The notes under the pieces: generated by a model
Seen by the model: the letters and a program-made list of their open reading frames with translations, nothing else
Told to the model about the DNA's origin: nothing
The model's database searches: none
Assembly (NCBI GenBank): GCA_963575745.1
Contig: CAUYUJ010000093.1
Span: 1 to 64,000 of the forward strand
Source of the DNA: Prorocentrum cordatum
Lineage: Eukaryota
Length of the DNA: 64,000 nucleotides
Direction of reading: 5' to 3'
Made by a program: the position numbers and the translations under genes
Shown here: positions 28,201-41,100 of the stretch, piece by piece
How the letters are laid out: each line of letters begins with the position of its first letter
Numbering within the stretch: the stretch's first letter is position 1

Positions 28201-31200
28201 CGCCTCTCGCAGACGCCGTTCCGGGCGGGGGCCTGCTCGGCGGCGGCGATCAGCTCCGCGCGCGCGCCGCCGTGCTCGCCCCGGAACTCCCGCTCGAACT
28301 CGCCACCCAAGTCGACCATGCTTGCGCGGGCCTGCCCGGCCCAGCTCACACACATCGCGGGGAACATAGCGCGCGAAGTCGCACGACGCGAGGCGCCAGC
28401 CGATGGAATTGGGCGGCCATGTCTACGTTTTTTCCGTCGCTGGGCCTGCCCGCCATTGACGTCGGCAAGAACCGCGAGGTCGATGGCTACACAACCCCCA
28501 AAGTCACGGGAATTCGAGCGAAGCGACGCTGGCGTCGAGATGCGGGGGGGCATGCGCCTCTCGCAGTCCAGGCACTTGTAAGCCCCAGTTGCAGCGATGG
28601 CCTCAGCTGAGCCTGCTTTGGGGCGCATGGCCCCGGCCAGGGTAGCGCTGGTCGGGAGGCCCACGACGGCGCGCGATCGCCTCGACCAGCGGCGCGGCGC
28701 AGCGGCCCGTCGCGGCGAGCCCCCTGCCTGAGCGCACCCTCGGACGCCGGCGAGTGCCGCCGCGCTTCTTGTAGAGATTGCCCACCAATAGCTGGCGGCT
28801 GGTCGGGGCGCGAAATCGCTTCCTGATGGGCTCGCCCTCGTTGGTCTCGATACCGCAATGGCAGCCGTCGAGGGCGGCCTGCAGACCCAGGATCTCCTGG
28901 ATCTGGGCGAACCCCTTCGGCATGCACTTCGAGTTCCAGCTGTCGCTCGCGAAACGCTGCTAAAAGCCCGTCGGGGTCGACTCCAGACGTAGTCTTCGCA
29001 GGCGCCAGGACGTCTCACATGACCCCCCTGCCCCCCTGCCTCACAAGATGAAATCGCGAGCGTTGGGCCAGGCGCCCCGGAGTTCCAAGTAGCGCTGGCG
29101 CGCGCGCCACGGAGCGCACGGGATGCCGACCCAGGTCGCCGGGGCGTAGACATGCTTCTCCTTGCGTCGCACCTCGACTAGCACACCTTCCACCGACGCC
29201 CGCTTTCCCAGGTCGCACTTCGGCGGGTAGATGCCAGGAGCCTCGCCGGACCTTGGCGCACCTTAGCTGCCTGCCTAGTGGGCCGTTGGCTTCGCGCGCC
29301 TGCTCGAGCAGGCGAACGCTCCCGGGCGCCCGACGCATGGCTGCGACAGCCTGCCCATGGACTTGACGTGCTCGATCGAGCCGGACAAGTCGCTCGACTC
29401 GAATGGGGCCACGTTGTGATTATGAAGCGAATTTGCCCTTGTGGCCCCTGCAAAATCCTTCAGCTTGCCGCCTTCTATGCACCGCCGAAATGCCGCCCTG
29501 CACGAGGCTCGAGCACTTGCCCCAGGGCGAAGCCGACCATGTCGCCACTGCACTTGCATCCTGGGCAACTCCCATCTCGTCTGCACCTCGAGTGGGCGTT
29601 CAATCCACACGAGCAAATGGATCTCATCTTGCCTGCACAAACGCAGCAATGCTGGTCACGCGAGGGTCCAGGATGGAACTCGCCGGCGCCATCGAGCCCC
29701 TCGAAGTCGGCGCCCAGCGAGCCCTCAGGCGGCGCGGCGGACGTCGACACCAAATCAGGGATAGGATAATTGACGCAAGCTTCTCCCTGGCGGCCCTGGG
29801 ACGCCGCCGACGACGCAGCTCGCCCTTGCCAGTTTTGCCTGGGGCATGGCTGCCCAGCACACGGCACGGGAGGGGCCCCGGGCCCAGCGCGCAGTGCCCC
29901 GCGGCCACGTCTACCAACAGGGGCGCCTTCAGGCTGCCAGTCGCAAGCCTCCTTGGCGGCGTAGTCTTGACCTCTAAATTGGCCAACTCGAGGTAGTCGC
30001 GCCCAAAAAGCGGCACGAGGCCGCGGATATCCAGCACGTAGGCCTTGACGCAGTGCGGCACCTTAGCCGCTGCGACTGGAAACGCGACGAGGGCGGCGGA
30101 TCTGGCTCCGCCGCCGTCGCCGCCATTAAACGTCTCGATCATCGACCGTCTCAAATGTCACTTCCACGTCAATGCCCAAGGCCTCTTGATACTTTAGTCG
30201 CTCCAACGCGGTAGACCCTCTGCGGACGCATGCTGAGTCGCCCACGCCCCCCAGGCACGCGGGAGACTGGCCGGGCGCGAACACACGCTGGAGGACGCAG
30301 AACTGGATGGCCAGCTTCACTGCGAGATCTCCACAACTACTCCCCGCACTCCCCGTCGAAGGAAGTGACGACCGCATCCTGACAGGGCCCTCGGCACTCT
30401 GGGTCTCCAACCTCGCCACATACTCGGCACTTGGAACACTTCACTCGCTTGTCGAAGATGCCCTCGATGCCTTAGCGCCTGGCACGTCGTCCTCCTGACC
30501 GGCCACCTTGGCACCCGCGCACACCTCAGCGCCCGCGCCTGTCTATGGGAACGCCACCGCTGGACCTCCCGATCCAGCAGACCCCCCACGCCATAGATTG
30601 TCAAGTAGGTGGCGGACGGTGGCGAGCGCCTCTGGGAGCTCCGAAAGTCTTACCGCTGCCTCCCCCACGGCGCCAGCCCGCTCCTGGTCGAGGTCCTCCT
30701 CGTCGACGTCGTCGAACTCGGTGGCCAACGCCTCGAGCTCTCACTGGACGAGCTCTTCGACTCCGACGTCGTATTGATCAATTCTTTCTTCGGAATCGCC
30801 CGCCTCGTAGTCGTGCCCGAAGGCATTGACTTGCTTGTGTGGTGGCCTCCCTGCGCGACCTCCTCTGTGATTCTTCCTGGGCTTGAGTGGCAGCCGACTG
30901 CGTTGCTAAAATGTCCATCCTGAAATATCCGCATGGATGCCGTCCGAATCTCTCGAGCGTTGGAACTCTACTGTCGTCTGATAGGGCCGCGATGAGGCGA
31001 TCGCGCTGATCCATGCTGATGTTTAGCCTCCGCGTGGGAAAGTAGCCATGCACATCGGAATCCTCGGTGATGTGGACCTCGTCCTCGACGAAGCGGGTAA
31101 ATCCCTGGCCGAACACTGTAATGTAGTCCGAAATCCGCGTCCCGGCCTTCTGTAGTGCTTCGTCGTCGCGCATACATCGGCCATCGTCTCGCCCTTTCCG

Positions 31201-31500
31201 GCTGTCCTTGGCGTCCACAGGGTCTCGAGGCAGTCGGTGTGAGCTGTTTCCTCAAGAACTGTTTGATGGCCGCCCCGGCCACCCTCGTCTAGCACTCCCG
31301 CTTTCGGGCGGATGGGCTGCAGGTCTTCGCTCTTGAACGCGAATGCTTTGCGGCTTGCCGCTCCTTCGAACTTCCTGATCATACGGGCTGCAATTGAACA
31401 CTGCACGTCGAAGCTGAAGCCTCACCTCTAAATTCACACTTCTTCTTTGGATTGAATCCACGACCTTGGATTCCATGCGCAATTTTGAAATGAAGCTCCC
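25266..31500 (-). mobile_element. Heavily decayed Ty1/Copia-like retrotransposon (gag-protease-insert-integrase-RT-RNase H)
   Basis: Copia domain order on the minus strand: gag-like (RISDYITVF...GYF..RRLNISMDQR, ~30950-31400); protease (VGDSAC ~30240; PLFGRDYL ~30000); integrase (CLDC..., VAIDL, VDLGGEF, RNGVCERRGG, 28080-28620); RT (GIYG, VYSHVDDM ~26360); RNase H (RVVRSILGAEARAI ~25930; MVADALTK 25646). Many frameshifts and stops; no LTR pair found. Confidence 0.85.
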
Positions 31501-32859
31501 CTCCCTGTCGCCGGGTCCATCCATCTGCTGATGTCGAGGGACGGACTGGCGAAACACAAGCGCGCGACCGCGCAAATGAGGAGCTCAACGATCATGAATC
31601 TCTGCGTTGCAGGAGGAACTCGCGCTGCGAGAGAGGCCAGTTGGCCTGAGTTGGCGCTGCCAAGATGAAGCGGTTCCAAGGGATCGGCGAGCCGCTCCCC
31701 TACCACTGACATGAGGTGATGTCGCCAGCATACGTGGCCCAACTCAATCTAGCTGACGGGGCAAAACCCCTGAGCCAGCATGAGCAAGACAGAGGAACGG
31801 CGCCAGCAGCGGGTCGAGGGCGCACCTCTTCTGGTCGAAGCTAAGCGGGCCGCGCGAAGCTTGGATTAGGCAGAGAAGAGGAGGGAGGCAGCGGCGGAGC
31901 CTCAGAGCGAGGCCGAGAGGAGGCATAGCCTCGGATACAGGCGCTGCCGAAGCCGAAGTTCTTGATTTGCTTGCGCACAGACGCGTTCCCCCTGAGCCCG
32001 TTCCCCCCCCCCCCGAACGTCGCAGCCGACCTTCCGCTCACCGTCTGGTGGGCCACAACTCGAGACTCCAGCGGCCGTTCGGAAGGATCGGGGCGTTCCC
32101 CGAAGAATGCCTTCGGCGGGGCACGGCTGCTGCAGCGCATCCCGAAGCTGAAAAAAACGTCGAGGACCAGCGAGAGCGCCCCAAAAAGCTCAAACCTGAG
32201 ACCGAGACCTCCTCTCCTCTCGGGAGACTCTTCATGGGGGGGATCCCCTCCTGCCCCCCCCATGGGATCCCCCCCATGGAGAGTCTCCCGATCCTCCCTG
32301 CCCCTCCCCTCCGAGGCCTCCCGGCGCCCCCCCCCCAGGCAGCAGGCGGGACCACAGCAGCATCTGCACGCAGTTCAGCACGATGACGTGCCCGCCTTGG
32401 GGCAGGAGCGCCCAGGAGTCGAATCGACAAGTCGGATCGGCGATCGAAATTAGATCGGATCGGAAGACATCGGCAGCCGAGTCGGGAGAAGTCGAATCGG
32501 CGGAAATCGGCAGGCTAGCAGGCCTCCAGTGAGAAATCGGAGGCCAAATCGGAATCCGAAGCCGAATCGAATCGGAATCGGAAGCCATCGACATCAAATC
32601 GACTCGAACCAGAGGAATCGAAACGAGCCCTGTGGGGGGAACCAACGAGCGACTCACCTGTGCCAAAAAGTTACGCGGGGCAGAGGTGGAGCAAGAGGAG
32701 GGCGCTCCTTTGTACCTAGTCGTAGTCCTTAGGGGGGCGGGGGGGGGCTGCACCCCGTGGCTCGCGACGGCGGCAGCTGCGACACGGCCAGGCGGCCTTT
32801 CGTCCTCAGCGGGAGGGGAGGGGGGAAGGGAGGGAGGGAGGACATGTTGTATCCTCCTC

Positions 32860-32966
32860 ATTATCCCCATCATCCTCCTCGCCGTCCCCGTCGTTACCAC
32901 AATTACCATCGTCATCAACAGCCTCGTCATTACCATCACCATCACAGTCATCATCGTCATGATCAG

Positions 32967-33031
<65 letters not shown>

Positions 33032-33110
33032 GCGTCATCATCAGCATCATTTCCATCATCAGCATCATCAGCATCATCAGCATCATCATCATGAGCATCA
33101 TCATCATCAG

Positions 33111-33145
<35 letters not shown>

Positions 33146-33231
33146 GCAACATCATCATGATCATCATCATCATCATCGTCATCATCATCATCATCATCAT
33201 CATCAGCATCATCATCATCATCATCATCATC

Positions 33232-33284
<53 letters not shown>

Positions 33285-33789
33285 GCAGCATCACCATCAT
33301 CATCGTCATCATCATCATCAGCATCATCATTATCAGCATCATCATTGTCATCATCATCCTCATCAGCATCATCATGATCATCATCAGCATCATCAGCATT
33401 AGCATCATCATCATCAACATCATCGTCATCATCATCATCATAATCATCATCATCCGCAGCATCATCAGCATCAGCATCTGCATCAGCATCATCATCATAA
33501 ACAGCATCATCATTATCATCATTATCATCATCAGCAGCGTCATCATCAGCATCATTTCCATCATCAGCATCATCAGCATCATCAGCATCATCAGCATCTG
33601 CATCGTAAGCATCGTCATCATCATCACCATCATCATCAGCGTCATTTCCATCATCAGCATCATTATAAGCAGCATCAGCATCAGTATTAGCAACAGCATC
33701 TGCATCTGCATCATCATCAGCATCAGCGCCATCATCAGCATCATTTCCATCATCAGCATCATCAGCATCATCAGCATCATCATCGTCAG

Positions 33790-33823
<34 letters not shown>

Positions 33824-34112
33824 GTCATCATCACCATCATCATCATCAGCGTCATTTCCATCATCAGCATCATAAGCAGCATCAGCATCAGCATTAGCAT
33901 CAGCATCGTCATCGTCATTGCCATCGTCATCATCATCAGCATCATCATCAGCAATATCAGCAACATCAGCAGCAGCAGCAGCGGTATCAGCATCATCATC
34001 AGCATCATCATCATCACCACCACCATCATCCTCGTCAGCAACAGCATCATTATCATAAACATCAACACAGACAGCAGCAGCAGCAGCAGCATCATCATCA
34101 CCGTCATCTTCA

Positions 34113-34180
<68 letters not shown>

Positions 34181-34587
34181 AATCATCATCATCATGAGCA
34201 TCGTCGTCGCCATCATGATCACCATCAGCAGCAGCATCGTCCTCATCATCAGCGTCATCATCATCAGCAGCATCATAAGCAGCATCAGCATCAGCATCAG
34301 CAGCAGCAGCGGTATCGGCATCGGCATCAGTCTCATCCTCCTCCTCAGCCTCATCGGCAGCAGTCAGCATCATCAAGCATCATCAGCAGCATCATGAGCA
34401 GCATCAGCATCAGCATCATCATTATCATCATCAGCATCAGCATCAGCATCATCATTATCAGCATCAGCATCATCATCCATATCAACATCAGCAGGATCAT
34501 CCTCGTCCACATCGTCATCGGCATCGTCATCCTCATCCTCATCATCTGCAGCAGCATCATGAACATCATCATCATCATCAGCATCAG

Positions 34588-34661
<74 letters not shown>

Positions 34662-34664
34662 GCG

Positions 34665-34704
<40 letters not shown>

Positions 34705-34850
34705 TATCAGCATCATCATCATCATCGTCGGCAGCATCATCGACATCAGCATCATCATCATAACCAGCATCATCAGCATCAGTGTCAGCATCAGTAGCAG
34801 CATCAGCATCAGCAACAGCATCAGCATCAGCATCGGCATCAGCATCATCC
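32860..34850. repeat. ~2-kb degenerate (CAT/CAG)n microsatellite
   Basis: Read directly. Confidence 0.95.
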
Positions 34851-35966
34851 TCCTCCTGCGCTTCTCTTTTTGGTAAGATCGATCTGCCATCGAGGAAGCC
34901 TGGGCCGAGAAGGACGGCGGCCGACCAGGGACGTCCCCCGCCCATTCCAGTGCCCGCTCAACACGCCGCCCCCCCCCCCGCGGGCCAGGGCCCTGGAAAG
35001 ACTGGGCTTCGGAGCGAGGCTCTGGATCCCAAGGCGCCAGGGCCTGGGAGGAAGGGGAGGCTGCGAGTGGGCCCTGGAAGGACCAAATACGTTGAACCCG
35101 CACCCCTGCTCACGCTCCTCCTCCTCCTCCTCCTCCTCCTCCTCCTCCTCCTCCTCCTCCTCCTCCTCCTCCTCATCCTCCTCCTCCTCCTCCTCCTCCT
35201 CCTCCTCTTCCTCCTCTCCGTCTCCTCCTTCGAGGAGCCGAGGCAGAAGCATCGAGAAAAGTCGGGCCCCTGGAGACCGAGCCTCCACCCTTCACCAGGT
35301 GCCCCGTCGCCCCTTTCACACGCCTCTTTGGACGCCCGAAATACAACAACTGTTGCCCCAAGCCAACAGCGGCCGCTGTCGGGCAGGCGGCATTCTGTCT
35401 CGAATGGACACAGGCCGCGGCGGCGTGGACAGCGAGCCCTGTTCAAAATGATCATGAGCTGCTGTTGGGCATTGTACCCATTCTTTCCGTACCCATTTCG
35501 GGCGTCCAGAGCCTCACTGTCAACTCCGAAATCAGCATCTTGCAGCCTTGTTGGGGCGTCTTGGGAGCCTCTTGGGCCGTCTGGAGGCCATCTTGAGCGT
35601 CTTGGAGCGATCTTTCGCCGACCTTGGGAAGGCTTGGGCCGTTCGGGATGCCTCTTGGGGCCTCCTGGCTCGTCTTCGACCCTTTCTGTTTTTTCCCCAT
35701 ATCCTAAGGATTGGGGTTTTTGTTATTACTCTGACGCCTCCCACTCCTCCTCCTTCCTCCCGCCTCCCGCCTCCCTCCTCCCACTGATAATCACCAGATA
35801 AGATAAGACATGATATAAGATAAGCTAAGACAAGATAAGAGATTTCAAGATAATATAAGATAGAGGGTAATAAAGGTAAGATAAGATAGGACTCGATAAG
35901 ATAAGATGAGACTCGCTCTCACTCAGACTCACTCACAGTCACATTCACTCACACTCACACTCTCTC

Positions 35967-36890
35967 ATGATCACAAAACGCTGCCAGGGGCATCATTTGG
36001 GAGCCCCAAGGGGGAGCCACCCTGGCTGATCTCACGAGCCCGTTCGCGCCGATTTTGGTGGGACGTCTCAGCTAGAATTGCCGTTTGGCGTCCCCAACAT
36101 GTATCTCTTGAGAGCCTCATGGTCACAAAACGCTGCCAGGGGCATCATTTGGGAGCCCCAAGGGGGAGCCACCCTGGCTGATCTCACGAGCCCGTTCGCG
36201 CCGATTTTGGTGGGACGCCTCAGCTAGAATTGCCGTTTGGCCTCCCCAACATGTATCTCTTGAGAGCCTCATGGTCACAAAACGCTGCCAGGGGCATCAT
36301 TTGGGAGCCCCAAGGGGGAGCCACCCTGGCTGATCTCACGAGCCCGTTCGCGCCGATTTTGGTGGGACGTCTCAGCTAGAATTGCCGTTTGGCGCCCCCA
36401 ACATGTATCTCTTGAGAGCCTCATGGTCACAAAACGCTGCCAGGGGCATCATTTGGGAGCCCCAAGGGGGAGCCACCCTGGCTGATCTCACGAGCCCGTT
36501 CGCGCCGATTTTGGTGGGACGTCTCAGCTAGAATTGCCGTTTGGCCTCCCCAACATGTATCTCTTGAGAGCCTCATGGTCACAAAACGCTGCCAGGGGCA
36601 TCATTTGGGAGCCCCAAGGGGGAGCCACCCTGGCTGATCTCACGAGCCCGTTCGCGCCGATTTTGGTGGGACGCCTCAGCTAGAATTGCCGTTTGGCGTC
36701 CCCAACATGTATCTCTTGAGAGCCTCATGGTCACAAAACGCTGCCAGGGGCATCATTTGGGAGCCCCAGGGGGGGTCCACCAGGGGCTTCATAGTCACCA
36801 AACGCTGCCAGGGGCAGCATTTTGGCTTCCCAAAGAGGAGTCGACCCGGGCCTCCTAGTCGCCAGACACTGCCAGGGGCACCATTGGGAT
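35967..36890. repeat. 152-bp satellite, 5 full units plus degenerate partial units
   Basis: TCACAAAACGCTGCCAGGGG recurs at 35971, 36123, 36275, 36427, 36579, 36731; units are nearly identical. Confidence 0.95.
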
Positions 36891-37039
36891 TCAGACTCGC
36901 ACCCAGACTCACTCATACACAAGCTCACTCACACTCAGATTCATTTCTTCAGAGTCAGGCACACACAGACGTACCCATACTCAGACTCACCCACACTCAG
37001 GCTCACCTAACCCAGACTCCGTCAGAAGCCAGTAGCGAA

Positions 37040-37756
<717 letters not shown>

Positions 37757-38118
37757 ACAAGTAGGCGGACCAGGGTCCGTCCGCGAGGCGCACTGCGGTG
37801 CGACAACCCGCCAAACACTATTTGCGGCGGTGCAGCCTTGAGATACGAGGGCGGGCAACAAACCCCCTCCCCCGGCGCAATGCGACTGACGCTACAGACG
37901 GCGGACAGACAGTGAAGATCTCACGTGTCAGACCGCGTGACGAAGAAGGCCCCAACAAGAAAGGCGACGTGCTGACACGTGGCTAGGCGGCTTGGCAGAC
38001 CGCCAGTTGGGCGCTTGGCCGCAACGCGGCGCGCAGGGACGGGGCACCCCCCGCCCCCACGCCCTGACACCGTGGACGCGGGGCCACGCGTGCACACGGG
38101 CAGGCAGAATGGCGGAGA

Positions 38119-41100
38119 TTAGCGCGGGGCTCCAGGCGGAGCGCCGCGGAGCGATGACAGCATAGCATGGAGGGTGAGTGGCGGCGCAGCACCATCGGGC
38201 GAGGGTGTAAGCAGCTCGGCGAAGGCACGACCGGCGCGGTGGAGGCGCTGGAGCAGAGGGCCTTGACGGGCTTGAGCAGCGGCAAGGTCGGCGGCGAGAG
38301 CAGCACACCTCTGCTGAAGAGCGGCCATAGACTGGGACAGCTCGGCTTCGCGGTCGGTGAGGGGCGGCTGCTCTGTGCCTGCGGCCGCGGGCCTCGTGGC
38401 GGGGACGAGGTCATCGGTGCGCCTGGCCAGGTGGTGGACCAGCGCGGTGCGGCGATCCGTGCGCTGGCGGCCGTCGCCCTTGCGAGGCGACTGGAGGGCA
38501 ACGCGCGGCCCCAGGGCTGAAGCCGCTAGGGCCACGCCCCGTGAGGACGGAGGAGCCGCAGCCTCGCACCCAGCAACAGTAAAAGCGTGGACGGGGTGCG
38601 ACGGCCTGACTGGCTCAGTGCCCTGCGGGGGGGCTGGAGCCGCCCCCGCGGGCTGGCGCTGGTGGGGGGACGGGGTGGGTGGCACGGGGGGACCAATCAT
38701 GATGCCGTGCGAGGGCTCGGAGGTCGGCCGCGTGGTCGGGTGGCGTCTCGATGAAGCGGCATCGTCGGCAGCGTGGGGTGTCGGCGGGGCGTCGTCTATG
38801 CTGCCACTCAATCCGAGGGGATCATAAAGGTCCTCGTCGGCGTCTTGACGGTGAGCGACGTCATCATGTGGGTGCGATGTCGCTCTCGGTGGCGGAGTCG
38901 AGGTGGGCGTCGAGAGGCTGCCCGACGGGGCAGGGTTGGCGCTGGCTGGCCCGTCGTCCAGGAAGTCTAATCCCCCGCCGAAGCCGAACGGGTCGTCCTC
39001 CTGTTCGTCGTGCATCGCCCGTTGGGCCTCGGCCCAGAGCTCATCCGGGTTCTGCGGGATGTATGGTCCAGCCGCGGGTGGTGCCTGGTCCGACAGCAGG
39101 GGGTTCGGTTCCATTTTGCTGAGTTCCGCTGCTGTAAACCCAGCCCTGCGGTGTGGGAGCGGCAGAGTACGGTGTCTGCGCTCGTAGATAGCGACAGCGA
39201 CCCCATGAAGCACGGTCGCTTGGCGATGTCGTGTTTTGGCAGCTTCAACAATGTCGTCGGGGAGGTTGTGCGTGCGTGCCGCCGCTGTGGCAAGGGCGTC
39301 GGCCTGACGGTTGAACTCCTCCGCGATGGGCCCGATGAGCCCAAGGTCGATGCCCAGGTCTCCCAGGTGGCTGGCGATTTTTTCGACGCGAAACATGTTG
39401 GGCTTGGCCATAACACATCGGTGGATCTTTTCCCAGAGCTCCGCGTGCGTGCCCTGCGGCGCTGGATGTCCGTCGATGATGCTTTGGAACCCATCGACCA
39501 CCGCCTGGTTGTCCACGAAAACGTGCACGGGCCGTTCGGCACATGCCGTAAGGTGGACAATGGCGAGGGTCTCCGCAACCTGGGCGTTCTGCGTTAGGCC
39601 GTGAACGCGTGCACTGTAGTTCATGCGGTGATCGATGCCGTAGTAGACGCCGTAACCCGCTCGTGCTAGCAATGGGATGGCTTGGTTGGTGCACGCACCG
39701 TCCGTGGCAGCATAGACCCATGTCCAACCAGTGTCGTAGTCAAGGTAGGTGGTGTAGGTGTCCTGGGCTGAAGCCGCAGGATCACCATCAGGGGAGGGCC
39801 GCGGAATGGGCTGTGGCAGCGGGTCCCTCGCGAGGTCGGCCTGCAGGTCGAGGAGGGCTGGGTCTTCGTCGAAGAGCCCGCAGTGTCTTGTGTGCGGCGG
39901 AAGACGGGCCCACTGGTCGTCACTGATGAGGGTGGTGAGAGGGAGTCTTTCTCGGGCCCAGCACTTACAGTCGCGGACAGTGTGCTCCTGAGTTTCCTCT
40001 TCCTCGTCACAGTAGCGGCACATGGGGCTGGGGTCTGCCGACGTGTTTGATCGGGATCGTCGCTGTTGGGTGTGGTCCCCGCCCGACAGGTAGTTCAGGA
40101 GGAGCGCCAGCTGCCAGGCAGTGCATTTGGCTGCTCCTTTAGTTCGCGCGAGCCACGTGCTGGCGAAGAGGTCAAGGCCCTGTCTGACAGAGGCGAGGTA
40201 GCCAAGGTCGTGTCGCCGTGGCTTGATCCTCCGCAGAAATGCCCTGCGTTGTGAGGCCCGCAGCATGTGCAGGAAGGCGTTTTGGGGTAAATTCAGCCAG
40301 CTGATCGGGCAGCCCCAGTCGTCGTACATGATGCCAAATGTGGGCCAGGTCCATCGGAGCTGCTGGAGCGACTGGACGAGTCGTCCGACGGGTCCTCCAC
40401 CAAACAGGGTCTGGACGTGGTGTTGGAGGTCTCTGGCGAGCCCGCAGAGTGTAACGTCGCGGTTAACCTGTCGCCGCAGGCACAGGAATGCTTCACGCTG
40501 CGTGATGGCGTCGATCTCAAGGGCGTGTCCCGGCACGCACACGGCCATGAGAGTCCAGAACTCGACCCACTTGTTCCCCTTGGGGCGGATAGCCGCCTTG
40601 AGGGCGTGGTTGTAGGCAGTCTTGGCTGGGCCTGATGGTGCTTGAATGTCGGTGCCCGTGGTGCAGACGCTGGCAGCCAGGGATCGGGCGTGCCGCGCCT
40701 TGATAAGCATCGGCGACGGGAGCTTGCCAATGCGCGGCAGGCGGATAGTCGCCCTCCGTACACGGGCGTCTGCGGTGGCCGTGAGGTTAAGCGCGGCTGG
40801 AGCCGGCGCTGCCTCTGCGTTGATGTAACTCCCGACGAGCTTGAAGGAATCGACCACACGTAGGGGGCGATCCGCCAGTGTGAGCTGGGTAACGGCGGCG
40901 TGAAGCTCGTCGGTGAGCGCCCACCCTGCCACTTTACCAGGGTGAATGCGTTGACCTGAGAATCGATCAAACTTGGCGGTTTCGTCGAGAGATTTCTGCA
41001 GCTCAGAAGCGGTGTGGGTAGTGGAGTTGCTGTCGTCAACGAAGGTAGTGCTGAGTGATCGAGGAACGTATCGGTGCTGCCTCTTTGTCCACACGCACAT

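Noticed and set aside
25000..32000. LTR pair around the Copia relic
   Set aside because: No long direct repeat seen at the two ends.
32232..35103. Long poly-M/I/D/H ORFs
   Set aside because: Translations of the (CAT)n microsatellite.
35967..36890. 152-bp satellite as a hammerhead-ribozyme (retrozyme) array
   Set aside because: No CUGAnGA...GAAA core found on either strand by eye.
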